From assembly GCF_004010195.1 (NCBI RefSeq), contig NC_057728.1:52112732-52176731 (forward strand): DNA of 64,000 bases, given 5' to 3'. The translations under genes and the position numbers were made by a program. A model generated the notes under the pieces. It was given only the letters and a program-made list of their open reading frames with translations, ran no database searches and had not been told where the DNA came from. Numbering within the stretch: position 1 is the stretch's first letter; every line of letters starts with the position of its first letter. The DNA comes from Chiloscyllium plagiosum (lineage: Eukaryota). Below, piece by piece: positions 1-12,874 of this stretch.

Positions 1-804
1 CGGGAGCACGAGGTGGCGCCACTGCAGTCATCAATGTAGCGGAGGAAGAGGTGGTGAGTGGTGCCGGTGTAATTACGGAAGATCAATTGCTCTACGTAGC
101 CAACAAAGAGACAGGCATAGCTGGGGCCCATACGCAGGTAAATTTAAGGTCAGGGTGGAATGTGTTGGTGAAGTTGATGAATTGCTCAACCTCCTCGCGG
201 GAGCACGAGGTGGTGCCAATGCAGTCATCAATGTAGTGGAGGAAGAGGTGGGGAGTGGTGCTGGTGTAATTGCGGAAGATCGACTGTTCTATGTAGCCAA
301 CAAAGAGACAGGCATAGCTGGGGCCCATACGGGTTCCCATGGCTACCCCTTTGGTCTGGAGGAAGTGGGAGGATTCGAAGGAGAAATTAAGGGTGAGGAC
401 CAGTTCGGCCGAACGAATGAGAGTGTCAGTGGAAGGGTACTGTTGGGGCCGTCGGGAGAGGAAAAAACGGAGGGCTTGGAGGCCCTGGTCATGGTGGATG
501 GAGGTGTAGAGGGATTGGATATCCATGGTGAAGATAAGGCATTGGGGGCCGGCAAAACAGAAGTCTTGGAGGAGGTGGAGGGCATGGGTGGTGTCTCGAA
601 CGTATATGGGGAGTTCCTGGACTAGGGGGGATAGGACAGTGTCACTGTAGGTAGAGATGAGTCCATTGGGGCAGGAGCATGCTGAGACAATGGGTCGGCC
701 AGGGTGGTCAGGCTTGTGGATCTTGGGAAGGAGGTAGAACCGGGCAGTGCGGGGTTCCCGGACTGAGGTTGGAAGCTGTGGGTGGGAGATCTCCTGAGGT
801 GATG
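1..804 (-). mobile_element. Penelope-like element reverse transcriptase fragment (minus copy, with internal duplication 1-136 / 197-331)
   Basis: ORF 92..919(-) has RTARFYLLPKIHKP, PGRPIVS, TMDIQSLYTSI, QTKGVAMGTRMGPSYA and YIDD, the motif series typical of PLE RTs. Confidence 0.9.
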
Positions 805-1547
805 TCTGGATTAGTGGTGCTGGAAGAGCACAGCAGTTCAGGCATGACCAGGGCCTCCAAGCCCTCCGTTTTTCCCTCTCCCGACATCCCAAACAGTACC
901 CTTCCACCGACACTCTCATTCATTTGGCCGAACTGGTCCTCACCCTTAACAATTTCTCCTTTGAATCCTCCCACTTCCTCCAGACCAAAGGGGTAGCCAT
1001 GGGCAGACGTATGGGCCCCAGCTATGCCTGTCTCTTTGTTGGCAACGTAGAACAGTCGATCTTCCGTAATTACACCGGCACCACTCCCCACCTCTTCGTC
1101 CACTACGTTGATGACTGCATTGGCGCCACCTCGTGCTCCCGTGAGGAGGTTGAGCAATTCATCAACTTCACCGACACATTCCACCCTGACCTTAAATTTA
1201 CCTGGACCGTCTCTGACACCTCCCTCCCCATCCTGGACCTCTCCATCTCCATTAATGACAACTGACTTGACACTGACATTTTTTACAAACACACCGACTC
1301 CCACAACTACCTGGATTACACCTCTTCCCATCTAAAGAAGAAGATGGCCTCCTTTTTTAAAGACCGCAATTCCCCTCCCACGTGGTTAAAGATGCCCTCC
1401 GACGCATTTCATCCACATCCCACACCTCCGCCCTCAGACTCCACCCCTCCAACTGTAACAAGGACAGAACGTCCCTGGTGCTCACCTTCCACCCTACCAA
1501 CCTTCGCATAAACTAAATCATCTGCCGACATTTCCGCCACCTCCAAA

Positions 1548-1941
1548 NNNNNNNNNNNNNNNNNNNNNNNNNNNNNNNNNNNNNNNNNNNNNNNNNNNNN
1601 NNNNNNNNNNNNNNNNNNNNNNNNNNNNNNNNNNNNNNNNNNNNNNNNNNNNNNNNNNNNNNNNNNNNNNNNNNNNNNNNNNNNNNNNNNNNNNNNNNNN
1701 NNNNNNNNNNNNNNNNNNNNNNNNNNNNNNNNNNNNNNNNNNNNNNNNNNNNNNNNNNNNNNNNNNNNNNNNNNNNNNNNNNNNNNNNNNNNNNNNNNNN
1801 NNNNNNNNNNNNNNNNNNNNNNNNNNNNNNNNNNNNNNNNNNNNNNNNNNNNNNNNNNNNNNNNNNNNNNNNNNNNNNNNNNNNNNNNNNNNNNNNNNNN
1901 NNNNNNNNNNNNNNNNNNNNNNNNNNNNNNNNNNNNNNNNN
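1548..1941. other. Assembly gap (N run)
   Basis: Run of N. Confidence 1.
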
Positions 1942-2034
1942 CCCCCACTCACCTATTGTACTCTGTGCTACTTTCTCCCCACCCCACCCTCCTCTCACTT
2001 ATCTCTCCACGCTTCAGGCTCTCTGCCTTTATTC

Positions 2035-2062
2035 CTGATGAAGGGCTTTTGCCCGAAACGTC
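2035..2062 (+). ncRNA. Minimal hammerhead ribozyme motif (PLE-associated)
   Basis: CTGATGA-a-GGGC-TTTT-GCCC-GAAACGTC: intact CUGANGA and GAAA core, stem II, palindromic ACGT helix III, GUC triplet. Confidence 0.75.
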
Positions 2063-2575
2063 GATTTTACTGCTCCTCGGATGCTGCCTGAACTGCTGTG
2101 CTCTTCCAGCACCACTAATCCAGAATCTGGTTTCCAGCATCTGTAGTCATTGTTTTTACCTTATCATTCCTGGTGCTGAGTTCTCAAGGTCATTCAAGCA
2201 GCCTTTATCTGGTCGTCATCACCTTGCTGTTTGCAGAATCTTGATGTGTGGGTCATTGCCACATTTCCTACATCATATCAGTGTCGTTTTACCTCAGCAG
2301 TCAACTCAGTGGCTGCAAAGCATTCAGTGTTTTCTAAAGTTTTGAGGTGTGTGCGTGCGCACGCGTGTTACTCAAGGGTTAAGTTTCACTAATTTGTTTT
2401 TAATACTTTCTAAATGGTGGCAAGGTCACCAGCTTGTCTTAAAGATATGTTAATACCGAGTAGTCTGCAATGATACACACTGGCCATTGGCCACCAGTAA
2501 ATCAGAACTTAAAGAACAACGCTGGGTTCTCAATCAAATGTGACAATGAGAAAAGTCTACTTTCTTTTTAAATAG

Positions 2576-2682
2576 GGCAACATATCTATTTATCAGCAAA
2601 GATTAATGGAGAACTTGTGGTCAGGCCATACACCCCTGTCTCCAGTGACGATGATAAAGGCTACGTGGATTTGGTGGTCAAG
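2576..2682 (+). CDS. CYB5R1: NADH-cytochrome b5 reductase, internal exon (equivalent to exon 4)
   Basis: ag|GG CAA...AAG|gtaaac; encodes [36 protein letters not shown] with the RPYTP FAD motif; 107 bp. Paralog assignment (R1 versus R3) is less certain than the family. Confidence 0.93.
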
Positions 2683-2809
2683 GTAAACAAATGGGAATGG
2701 AGTTTGGTTTGTCTCTGCCTTGTTCATTTATCACCCACTCTCCCACATGCTCTCTAACACACACCCAGACATCATACGTGCATACTATAAGGTATGGACA
2801 CTGCAAACT

Positions 2810-5800
2810 AGAAGAGGAACATAAGAGCAAGAGTAGGCCATTTGGCCTTTTTTGAGCCTGTTCCTGCATTCAGTAATTTCCTGGCTAATCAGCTGCATTT
2901 TCCCATCTGATCCCCATATCCTTTTACTCCTATGTCTATCAAAACATCTATCCAACCCAACCTTAAATAAATGTAAAGACCCACCTCCACTGTTTTCTGG
3001 AGGAAGAGGATTCCACACCCAAACAGTCGACTAAGAAAAGAAATTTCTCCCCATCTGTCTTAATGCCTTATTAAATTATGTCCCCTCGTTTTAGACACCC
3101 CGACAGAAGGATATGACCTTCACTCTATCCAGTCCCTCTGGTCTAACTCGTGCCTTGTATAATTTTACCAAGACTTCGTTATTTTAACGTTCTATTCCCT
3201 TTGAAATACAAGTCAACATTCACTTTGCCTTCTTTATTACCTGCTCAACCTGAATGTTAGCTTTGTGATTCACGGACGACAACCCCAAAATCCCTGTACT
3301 GCAGCTTTCTGCCGTCTTCCTCCATTTAGATAACACAGGCTCCAACTTGTTCCTGCCAAAGTGTATAATATTACGTTTTTCTACGTTATATTCCATCTGT
3401 TAAGTTTTTGCTCACTCGCTTAACCTGTCTAGATGCCTCTGCATGTTCCTGGTGTCATCCTCACACTTGCCTTTCCATCCTTTCTGTATCATCTAGGTTC
3501 CAGTACATTTGCTTGCCCAAGTCAATAATGTATATTGTAAATAATTGAAGCTCCAGGACTGATCCCTGTGGCACTCCAATATTTACAGTTTGCCATCCTG
3601 TAAATGTCTCACCTTATCCCAACTCATCATCCTCTACCCATAAGCCAATCCTCTACCTTTTCAAATATACTTCATCCCACATCATTGGCTATTATCTTCA
3701 GGACCCTCATGTGGCCTCATTGAATGTTTTTTGGAAGTCCAAATATGTCACATCTACTGGTTCAGTTTTATTTATCCTGTTACATGTGAAATTATTCTAG
3801 TAAATTAGTCAGGCATTGATTTCCCCTTTACTAAGCTATGCTGACTATGCTTGATCATGTTATGTATGTCTAAATGCTCTGCTATTAGATCCTTTTATTA
3901 TACACAGTTGGTTAGCAAACTGGCTGATAGTTTCCTGACTTTTGTCTGTGTCCCTTTTTGAGTAAGGGGTTAACATTAATGGTTTTCCAAACTTCCCAGA
4001 GTTTCCACAATCTCAGGATTCTTGGAACAATACTACCAGTTCATCCACTTTCTCAATAGCCATTTCCTTTTAATATTCTAGGATGCAACCCACCAGGTCC
4101 ACAGTACGTATTGGTCCTTAGCCCCAATAGTTTCCCTAGTACTTATTCCCTAGGATAGTTATTGCATTTATTTCCTCCACACCTTTTGCCCCCAGATTAT
4201 TTTGTATTTTTGGAATGTTATTAGTGTCATTTACCCTAAAGGACTAATCTAAAGTCTTCATTCAATTCTTCATTTCCTCATTCCCCTTTGTTATGAATGA
4301 TTATTCATTGCCACTTCTGCTCTACAATAGCAACACTGTAAAATACAGTGGAAATATTTTAACTGTTGCCATAATCCAATGCAATTTGAATAGTTCACGA
4401 ATAAAAAGATGAAGCTGAAGAAAACTCCATCTTTGCTCCATCACTCCCCCATGAGCCCTGAGCCAATCAATGACACCTGTTACCATTCTTCAGGTGCCAT
4501 CTCTTCTTGGCCGGACCCACCCTGCCAATAGGCTGCCATTACTGACCCACACTCATCCTGCAGCCAGGAGGCCCCAACTCCGGGCCCACTGCAACCAGGA
4601 GCTGTCGTCACTGCCGCCATCTCACCAATGCCTGCAGTCCCCCCCCTCCACAATCTGGAATCCTTGGCTCTGCTGAAGCTGTCACCTCGCCAATGGCAGG
4701 AGACCCTGCTGTGGGCCCATCACAACCAGGAGTCCCTGGCTCCGCTGCCAGCTAAACCGCTGCCTAGCCAAGAGACCCGCTCCAACTGCTCCCCTCCGCA
4801 ATGTCACTCCTACGGGTTGTTATTGAATCCTGGGTTCCGGATTGGTTGATATCCAAACAGCTGACAGGACGCCAAAGCAAAACAGCACATCAAGTTGACC
4901 ACCATGTCTGCTGCCATGTTATGTCCCCAGCCTCATTCTCTAAGGGGCTTGTGTTCACTTTGACTCTCCCTCTTATGCATTTACAGAACATCTTAGAATC
5001 TTTTTTATATTACTTATTAGTTTACCCTCTGCTTATTTTCTCACTTTTTTCTTTCATAAATGTTTTTTTTAAACTTTCACAATCCTCTATTATACCACTA
5101 ACCTTTTCCACATTGCATGTGTTTTCTTTCTTTCAATTTGATATAATCCTTAACCAACCGTGGATAGCCAAAGAAATTTATCTTCTTCCTGAAATCCTCC
5201 TTCACTGGGATAGATCTCTGTTATGAATCATGAATTATTTCCTTAAATGTCTGCCATTGTTTCTCAACTACGTTTTCTGCTAAATTCCCTTATCCAGTCC
5301 ATTTTAACCATCTCTGCTCTGATTTCCTCAGTAATTACCCTTATTTAAGTTTAGCACAGTAGTTTCCAGTCCAGGTTTCTCACCCTTGCGTTGAATGCTA
5401 CATATAACCATGTTATAGTTGCTGTTTCCTAGGGAATCTTTTACTCAAAGACCTGCCTCATTACACACACACATCTGAAGTAGCCTGATCCCTGGTTCTT
5501 GGAAACTGTCAGGAATACACGCTCTGAATTCTGTATTGCCTCTACATTTAGTTTAAATCCCTCTCTTCTACTCTAGTTACTCCATTTACCTGGACACTGG
5601 CCCCAAAATGGTTCAAGCAAACCCAGTCCCACAAGAACTGCTCCCTCCCAGCCTTGTGCCAGTGCCCTGTGGACTGAAACCCATTCCTCCTACACCAATG
5701 AAAACAAAAATGCTGGAGGTCGCAGTGGGTCAGGCAGCATCCAAGGAGAGAGAGCAAGCTGATGAAGAGTTGCCTAGACTCAAAATGTTAGACTCTCTCT

Positions 5801-6650
5801 CCTTGGATGCTGCCTGACCTGCTGGGATCTTCAGCATTTCTTTTTGTTTTCAGATCAGATTCCAGCATTTGCAGTAATTTGCTCCTTCTCACCCTCAATC
5901 TTTTGAGGCACACATTAACTCCTTGACTGTATTTACCTAATGACAAGACACCTGTGACTCAGGTGGTAATCCTGAGATTATCGTCTTGGTTGTACTGCTA
6001 TCTAATTTTGGCTCCTAACTGTTTAGAGTATTTGAGGATAGCATCTTTGCTGTTCTACAAATGTTGGTTCCAATTTGGAGGATGACAACGGAATCACTTC
6101 ACTCCCACTCCAAGTTCTTTAATCTTGGTTCTGGGTAGGCAATACAGCCTTTGGGACTTGCACACTTGTGGCTGCAGAGAATGGTATCTACCATCTTAAT
6201 TACAATCCCCCTACCATTCTAATCTATTTCCTCTCTGCACCCTGTATGGGCATGGCCCCCTGTACCATGTTGCAGTGGTCAGATTGTTTAGCCTCCTGGC
6301 AGTCTCCGTTCTCATCCGCAGCATGCAAAAACTCCACATCTGTCCCACAGTTACAGGGACTAAGACTACAGGTCCCCATATCTGCCTGACCTACAGCCAC
6401 ACCTTCCTGTCCCTGATCACAGATCACATTTGTATTACATTCTGTGAGGGGTGTGCCCATCTCCTGGAGCAAATTGTCCAGGTAATGTCCCCTTCCCTGA
6501 TTCTAGCTCCTCAACTCAGATCCTCCACCTACAAACACTTAGTCCACAGCAGCACCCACTTACTACAGCAGCAATACATCATCCATCCTGCCATCTCTAT
6601 CCTATTTCATTTAATCTATGAATTGATTAATCTATACTGTTAAAGCACTT
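2810..6650 (-). mobile_element. Old degenerate CR1-type LINE, interrupted, in intron
   Basis: CR1-like 3' end near 2815-2880 (gagtaggccattt...gagcctgttcc) followed by decayed antisense ORF2-like sequence; no intact ORF; boundaries approximate. Confidence 0.6.
5698..5888 (+). mobile_element. Short PLE-derived fold-back insertion with decayed hammerhead
   Basis: ggtcaggcagcatccaaggagagagag ... ctctctctccttggatgctgcctgacc inverted arms around CTGATGA-agagt...actc-AAAA (5759-5785). Confidence 0.65.
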
Positions 6651-7670
6651 GAATCCTCACACTTAATGTACCTGAGTCACATTGTGGTTTACTACATCAC
6701 TTTGCCAATAGTCTCCTCTCTGACCCCTTGATCCAAGCTTTTTATCCTGCCCTGCTCCCTTCCCAATCAAAACATACTATTTTGAGCCTTAATAAAATAA
6801 ATGTTGAGCATTTACCAGATACTTCCTAATTAAATAACAACATCTTTTCCCATAGCAGAGCAAAAATCAAGTGCTTAGAGCTGAAAAACACCTCTTTCTC
6901 TTTCTCCCCAGAACAGCCTGAATCACTTAACTCTGGCACACTCATACATTTGCTCTATGTCAGCTATTTATATATGCTCTTGACATATCTGAGTCTATCT
7001 GAGTCATGTAATGGGGATCCACCTTCTGCTGCTGCTTAAGCTACTTTTACACTGGAAACTTTGGAAAAGTCCCTGTGTAATGTTGGTGACTACAGAAATT
7101 CAACAGTAGCTTTCAGTTTAATACCAACTGCAAACTAAATTGGATACTAATTGTAAACTAAATTTATATGAAGTAACCATTTACACTTTCTTAACCAGCA
7201 ATGCAGACACACAGTTCCAGCCCTGCAATGCATGAGCTCAGTTTTTGCTTGGCTCCTCTGTCAAATCTCTCCTAATGTATTTTCTGTGATCTCACCGCCT
7301 TAAAATCAGAGAGGGGTTGAATCAGTGCAGATGGAGGCCATTTGGCCCACGGTGCTTGTACTTTGATTTTAAGACCTTTCCAGTGAGTCTCACTAACTCC
7401 TGCTCTTTCCCCTTGGCCATACAAATGTTTGTTTGAGCTCTGTGGTTCTTGGTAGAGTTTGTGTCAGTTCCGGTGCTAAATTGGGTTGGATTTGAACTGA
7501 GCTGTGATTTAACCAGCATGAGCCCAGTATTGCTGCTGAAATCTGCATGTTATGAAAGCAGCAGTTTCACGTTAAAGGCAAGCATGTGGAGGATGAGTTA
7601 ACAATTGATTTTTCTACTTCTAACATTGTCACTAGGAATTGCTCTCAACAGTTCTGTTTTCCGGTCTCAG

Positions 7671-7800
7671 ATTTATTTTAAAGGTGTTCACCCCAAGTTC
7701 CCTGAAGGGGGTAAGATGTCCCAGTACCTGGAGAGTTTGAGAATGCAAGATGTGATCGATTTCAGAGGGCCCAGTGGCTTGCTTGTCTACAAGGGGAAAG
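7671..7800 (+). CDS. CYB5R1: NADH-cytochrome b5 reductase exon (equivalent to exon 5)
   Basis: cag|ATT...AAA G|gtaaac; [43 protein letters not shown]; 130 bp; phase matches neighbours. Confidence 0.95.
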
Positions 7801-7832
7801 GTAAACGAGAGGCTCCATTTTGTTCTCCTAGT

Positions 7833-8930
7833 TTCTCCGTCTTTGTCGCTTGGGTTCCGATAATGCTACCTTCCTCGAGGGGCCTCAGAAATATCCACCG
7901 TTCTCTTCAACTGAGCTCACCCTGCCACCGTAGTTGACAGGGTCCTCAGCCATGTCTGCCCCCTTCCTGTACTACTTCACAATGATAAGATCCTCCTTGT
8001 CCTCACCTACCATCCCCAGCATCCACATCTAAAGGATCATTAGCCACCGTTTCTGCCATTTCCAGCAGGATGCCACCACCAGACACACATTCCCCTTCCC
8101 TCCCTTGACAGTATTCCACAGGAACTGTTCCTTCTGGGACAGCCTGGTTCACTCTTTTCCCCCATTCCTACACGTTCACAGCACCTTCTTCTACAATTGC
8201 AGAAGGTGCAACACCTGCCCGTTTAAGTCCTCCCTTCTCACTACACAAGGTTCCAGACACACCTTCCAGTGATTTACCTGCACTTCGCTCAATCTAGTCT
8301 ACTGTACTGGCTGCTTACAACGCGGTCTCCCCCACGCTGAGACAAGGGCTCCCATTTTGCGGGACATCTACGTTCTGTCCGTGTGAAAGATCCCAAGCTT
8401 CTGGTTGCCTGCTGCTTCAACACACCACCCTGTTCCCTGGCCAACATCTCAGTCCTGCGCTTCCTGCAGTGCTCCAGCGAGGCTCAAAGTCCAAAGATGT
8501 GCAGGTTAGGTGAATTGGCCACGCTAAATAGCCCGTAGTGTTAGGTGGATTAGTCAGGGGTAAATGAAGGGGAATGAATCTGGGTGGATTGCTCTTCAGA
8601 GGGTCGGTGTAGACTTGTTGGGCCGAGGGGCCTGTTTCCACACCGTAGGGAATCTAATCTAATAACTTCAGGGCATGTGTATCTTCTACCTTTACCCACT
8701 CCCACACTCCAGGCCCTACCATCATTGTCATCCACGAATGGATGCCATTAGCAGCCTAACTCTCTCCCTCTGTACTCTATCCATTGTTTACTCCTTTACT
8801 CCCCATCCCCAGTCTTCAGCACTTTCTTCACACCCATCAGTTCTGAAGAAGAGTCCCTGGACTTGAAACAGTAACTCTGCTTTTTCTCCACAGGTGCTGC
8901 TGGACCTGATGAGATTCTCCTCTGCTTTGT
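7833..8930 (+). mobile_element. Degenerate PLE 3' portion (RT thumb, GIY-YIG remnant, hammerhead at 8843-8869), interrupted by a SINE
   Basis: Resembles the PLE at 1400-1546 (cttgtcctcacctacc...). Cys-rich remnants (tgcaacacctgc). CTGAAGA-a-gagtc-cctg-gactt-GAAAC. Confidence 0.65.
8486..8662 (+). mobile_element. HE1/V-SINE 3' portion
   Basis: aaagatgtgcaggttaggtgaattggccacgctaaat... ending aatctaatct, matching the full copy at 16600. Confidence 0.8.
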
Positions 8931-9043
8931 TGTATAATGAAAGTAAACATCTGGCCCAGCTAACGAGCAGAAAAATCCGTGAGATAAAGTGGTAACACTA
9001 TTACTTTGCTTTAACTGACTGTGTGTTACCTTTTCTTTTAAAG

Positions 9044-9127
9044 GTCAGTTTGCCATTCGTCCTGATAAAAAATCTGAGGCCAAGGTTCAAGTGGTTAAAC
9101 AAGTGGGAATGATTGCTGGCGGAACTG
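9044..9127 (+). CDS. CYB5R1: NADH-cytochrome b5 reductase exon (equivalent to exon 6)
   Basis: aag|GT CAG...ACT G|gtgag; [28 protein letters not shown]; 84 bp. Confidence 0.95.
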
Positions 9128-9529
9128 GTGAGCTTTTAATTGTATATTCATTGTGTTCACGTGGTGGGGAGAATCCAGAGGTAAAAATGTGTGTATGAAT
9201 AGACTGAGGTTATGGTTGTTGGGTCAAATGGTACTCTCTTGTGTGGGATCACTGCTGGGGTAAACCCTTCAACCGCTGCTATGTACTCTAATCCATTTAT
9301 ATTCTATTTCAAATCTTTATCCAGTTCATTTCTGAATGTGCTAGTTTCTGCCTCATTCCCTAGCTTCCAAGTTCTAACTGCCCATACAAATATTTGTTCC
9401 AACTCCTATTATCCATCCTTACAGTTAATCAGATTTCAGAATTGTGAGCGAACTAGATTGTTTTCTGTATTGTAAGAAAGCCAGGGACCTCAGAACTTAG
9501 GGATTCTACCACTCCATGATTCTATCGCG

Positions 9530-9835
9530 TGGAAGGAGGAGATCTCTGGAGTCCATACTGATTGTATGAACAGCATCCCATCCAGACCCACTATCCAATC
9601 CCTGTAATCTAATATTTCCCTTGGCTAATCCACTTAGCCTGGACACTATGGGGAAATTTAGCATGGCCAATCTAGCTACCCTGCCCATCTTTGGAATGTA
9701 GCAGGGGGTAAACCGGAGCATCGCGAGGAAACCCACGCAGACAGGGGAAGAATGTGCAAACTCCACACAGACAGTCGCTGAGGATGGAATCGAACTCAGG
9801 TCCTTGGCACTGTGAGGCAGCAGTGCTAGCCACCC
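9530..9835 (-). mobile_element. HE1/V-SINE
   Basis: Reverse complement of the tRNA-like head (ctgtgaggcagcagtgct) and V-domain core (gtgcaaactccacacag). Confidence 0.8.
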
Positions 9836-10260
9836 AACCTGTCTTATTCAACCTTCTATTGTGCCACTTGTGGCTGTCTTCCCTCCAAGTCAGATGACTC
9901 CAGAGCTCTAAACCAAGTCAGCATATGCTGTGCGGTAACGGAGGAATGCTGCACTGTTGCTGGAGCTACCTTCTAGACGAAACAAATCGAGGCTCCCTTC
10001 CCCATGTGGGCATGAAAATACCCACTGGCTCAATGTTGAAGAACAGCAGAAGAATTTGTTCCCTGAACTGCACTTGGTGCAAAAACGCTGAGTTGCTGTG
10101 TGTGTATGTTTTCTCATACTCCAATGGCAACTATGCCCCAAAAATACGTGAAGGACTTGGGGACATGTTGAGGATTTGGAAAAGGCTATAGAAAGGCAGC
10201 TGTTTCTGTGGGTCTGCATTTTAAGGCTGATGAGTGTGATTTTTCTTTAACCTTTTTCAG

Positions 10261-10346
10261 GTATCACTCCCATGCTGCAACTGATCAGGGCGATTGTGAA
10301 GGATCCAGAAGATCAGACGATCTGTCACCTGTTGTTTGCCAACCAG
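10261..10346 (+). CDS. CYB5R1: NADH-cytochrome b5 reductase exon (equivalent to exon 7)
   Basis: ttcag|GT ATC...CAG|gtatg; [29 protein letters not shown] completes the GGTGITP NADH-binding motif; 86 bp. Confidence 0.95.
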
Positions 10347-10845
10347 GTATGTCTGTTTTTCTTTGCTGGTCAGATGAGATGTTGGACGGTTTGATAATCG
10401 ATGAGGATTTCTGCTGGTTTGCAAGGGTTCTCTGAATTTCCACAAAACAGTTTTCCTCCAACACTTACTCCTCTGTCAACATTGACTCAAATAGATGATC
10501 ATCCTTTTGGATGTTTGAGGAAGCTTATTGTTTGAAAGTCGATTGCCACATTTCCTGGATTACAGCTTTAGCACTTGGGAGTACGTTGTTCGTGTAAAAT
10601 ATTTTGGAGATATGTTGAGGTAATGAAAGGCACTATATAAATGCAACTAATTATTTTCAAGTGCTTCGTGACTTCCCTGCTCTTTTAGTCTCTTGGTCAC
10701 ATGTTGTAGGTTTTGTGTTTGGTGTAAAATTTTCAAAGCTGATTAACGTGGAACAGAAACAAAACTCCCCCCTTCGAGAGGATCACAATGTAATATTCCC
10801 TGGTTTGGTGTTGGAATTTTGTCCTGAACTTACCAAGTGAATTAC

Positions 10846-10978
10846 TTATGTTGGCAAAAGTGAGGACTGCAGATGCTGGAAACCAGAGTTTAGATTAGCA
10901 CTGAAAAGCACAGCAGGTCAGGCAGCATCCGAGGAGCAGGAAAATCAATGTTTTGGGCAAAAGCCCTTCATCAGGAAT
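10846..10978 (-). mobile_element. Short PLE 3'-end insertion starting at a decayed hammerhead
   Basis: Reverse complement of the 2031-2160 tail; TSD GTGAATTAC at 10837-10845 and 10979-10987. Confidence 0.75.
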
Positions 10979-11052
10979 GTGAATTACGTTGTCCTATTCC
11001 CGTCAGTGTTCTTCTTGGGGGGGATTGACTTTGTCATTTTTGTTTCTTTCAG

Positions 11053-11152
11053 ACTGAGAAAGACATTCTGTTGCAGTCAGAGTTGGAGGAAATCGAAGCT
11101 GAGTACCCTCACCGTGTTATAATATGGTACACCTTGGACAGAGCTCCTGAAG
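11053..11152 (+). CDS. CYB5R1: NADH-cytochrome b5 reductase exon (equivalent to exon 8)
   Basis: ttcag|ACT...GAA G|gttag; TEKDILLQSELEEIEAEYPHRVIIWYTLDRAPE; 100 bp. Confidence 0.95.
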
Positions 11153-11724
11153 GTTAGAATTAGCATTAACAAAGGTCATGCCCCTTCCACTCACTGAGCT
11201 GCATTGGGTCCCAGTCCATCAACAGCAGGTTTTTAAAATCTTTATTAGCTGTAAAGCACTTTTATTTTTTTTAAAAAGAAAGTTAGTTTGCTCTTTGTTT
11301 TGAACGTTGAGCTGTTGTATAAAACGGAGGAGATTTAATCAAACACAAATTGATGAAATGCACTCTGCAGAGCAATGGAGCATTGTGAAAACTAACAGGA
11401 AGTGCAGCTTGTTTGATCTGATTTTTCTCTTCCTGCCTATTTGCTAGCCAATTGGAAGCTCTTGTTGATGACAAAATCGGCCAATAACTTAACAAAATGA
11501 TTTAGCTCTCTTAGGAATTCACCTCCCTGAGAGACCCCATGCAAATTTGCCTACAGTGCAGTATGTTGAACCATGATATAATGAACTTTCACTGCAATGA
11601 ATTTTCCGTTTTGTCTCCTAGAGAGTTTAAATGCCCAACCTGTGTTTGGCTGGGGGCAGGCATAATGAGGAAGAGTTTATCTTCCTCTTCTCTCACTTTT
11701 TCTTTATTTCTCTTTTTTTTTTAG

Positions 11725-11897
11725 GCTGGAAATACAGTGAGGGATTTGTGAATGAGCAGATGATTAAGGAACACCTTCCCCCAGCTGCTGACGATGTGCT
11801 TATTCTGCTGTGTGGCCCTCCACCAATGATACAATTTGCTTGCAACCCAAACCTTGACAAGCTGGGTTATAGTCAGAGTTCTCGGTTTGTGTACTGA
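11725..11897 (+). CDS. CYB5R1: NADH-cytochrome b5 reductase last coding exon (equivalent to exon 9)
   Basis: Polypyrimidine tract then tag|[68 protein letters not shown] motif; the C-terminus is CYB5R1-like. Confidence 0.95.
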
Positions 11898-12586
11898 GAG
11901 TGAGAAAGTCTGGCTTATCCAATACAAACATACAGAAGTGAAAGGAAAGATTAACAGTCAGGATTCCTTTTCATCTAGGGCCCCACTTTATGCAAGATAC
12001 CTAATTGATCTTAAATTGAGTTGTATCGTGCCAACATTATGCTCTATATTACAGCTGTAAAACTGTGCTTTTGAATAATGAGGCAGCCACATGGTAAAAT
12101 GTCCTTGGACCTGCTCCTACCCCTTTACTGTAACTTAATGGAACAGATTTGGACACAGTTCTGGCATAGGTGCACTGAATAGGAGCATTTCTGAACAAAT
12201 CTGGTGCCTTGCTTTTGCTCTGAGCTTGAGGTGTTTTGACTTTTGCATAACATTTATACTTGCAATGCCACAGCAATGAAGCAGAAGTTAGTGACATGGG
12301 TGACATTTAAAGGGGGTAGAGTTCTGGATTTGTATAGAAGGCCCACACACTTTTTTGTTTCCCAGAAAGCAATGTTGGGGTTGACAAATCTAAATGAGTG
12401 GTGTATATAAAGAGAGTGACACCAGCTACCACATGACATAGGAAGGCACAACACTTTAAATTCCAAAAGTAATGGTCAATTCAGGTGAACACAATGCAGA
12501 GGAGAAGGGAACGTTGAATAGTTTTAATCTCCATATCAGTCATTAAGTTATTTCTGTTTTGTGTAAACAACCTGGGAGAAATTTTA

Positions 12587-12592
12587 AATAAA
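12587..12592 (+). promoter_or_regulatory. Candidate proximal polyadenylation signal of the b5 reductase gene
   Basis: AATAAA about 690 bp after the stop codon. Confidence 0.4.
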
Positions 12593-12874
12593 CCCCACTT
12601 AATCTTCAGCTATTTGGCAGCTTTGAGTACTTGCTGTAGTTTTTTTTAAGATATGAAAGTGTAAGGAGAACGTGGGCTCTGTTCCCTGGTCAGTACTGTG
12701 CAATTTTGCAACATGTTAAATTGCTTAGGAAGTGAAACCTTTTTTAAAAGAAAAAAGATTTTTCTGTCCTGAGGTTATCAATTGTAAAATATGAATGGAC
12801 AAGGCAATATCTGTGCTGGTCCAACCTTCTGAAGTTTGAGAACTGTTACAAGCAAGGGTATGCTTTTGTTGGTG

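Larger units (their letters stand above)
805..2161 (+). mobile_element. Penelope-like element, plus-strand copy (RT C-terminus, gap, 3' end with hammerhead)
   Basis: ORF 924..1265 has QTKGVAMG...YVDD. The 3' tail 1942-2161 carries a hammerhead motif. 805-843 is the reverse complement of about 2083-2124 (inverted 3' piece at the 5' end). Confidence 0.85.

Noticed and set aside
1409..1998. Long ORFs full of X (also 46951-48190)
   Set aside because: Artefacts of translating N gaps.
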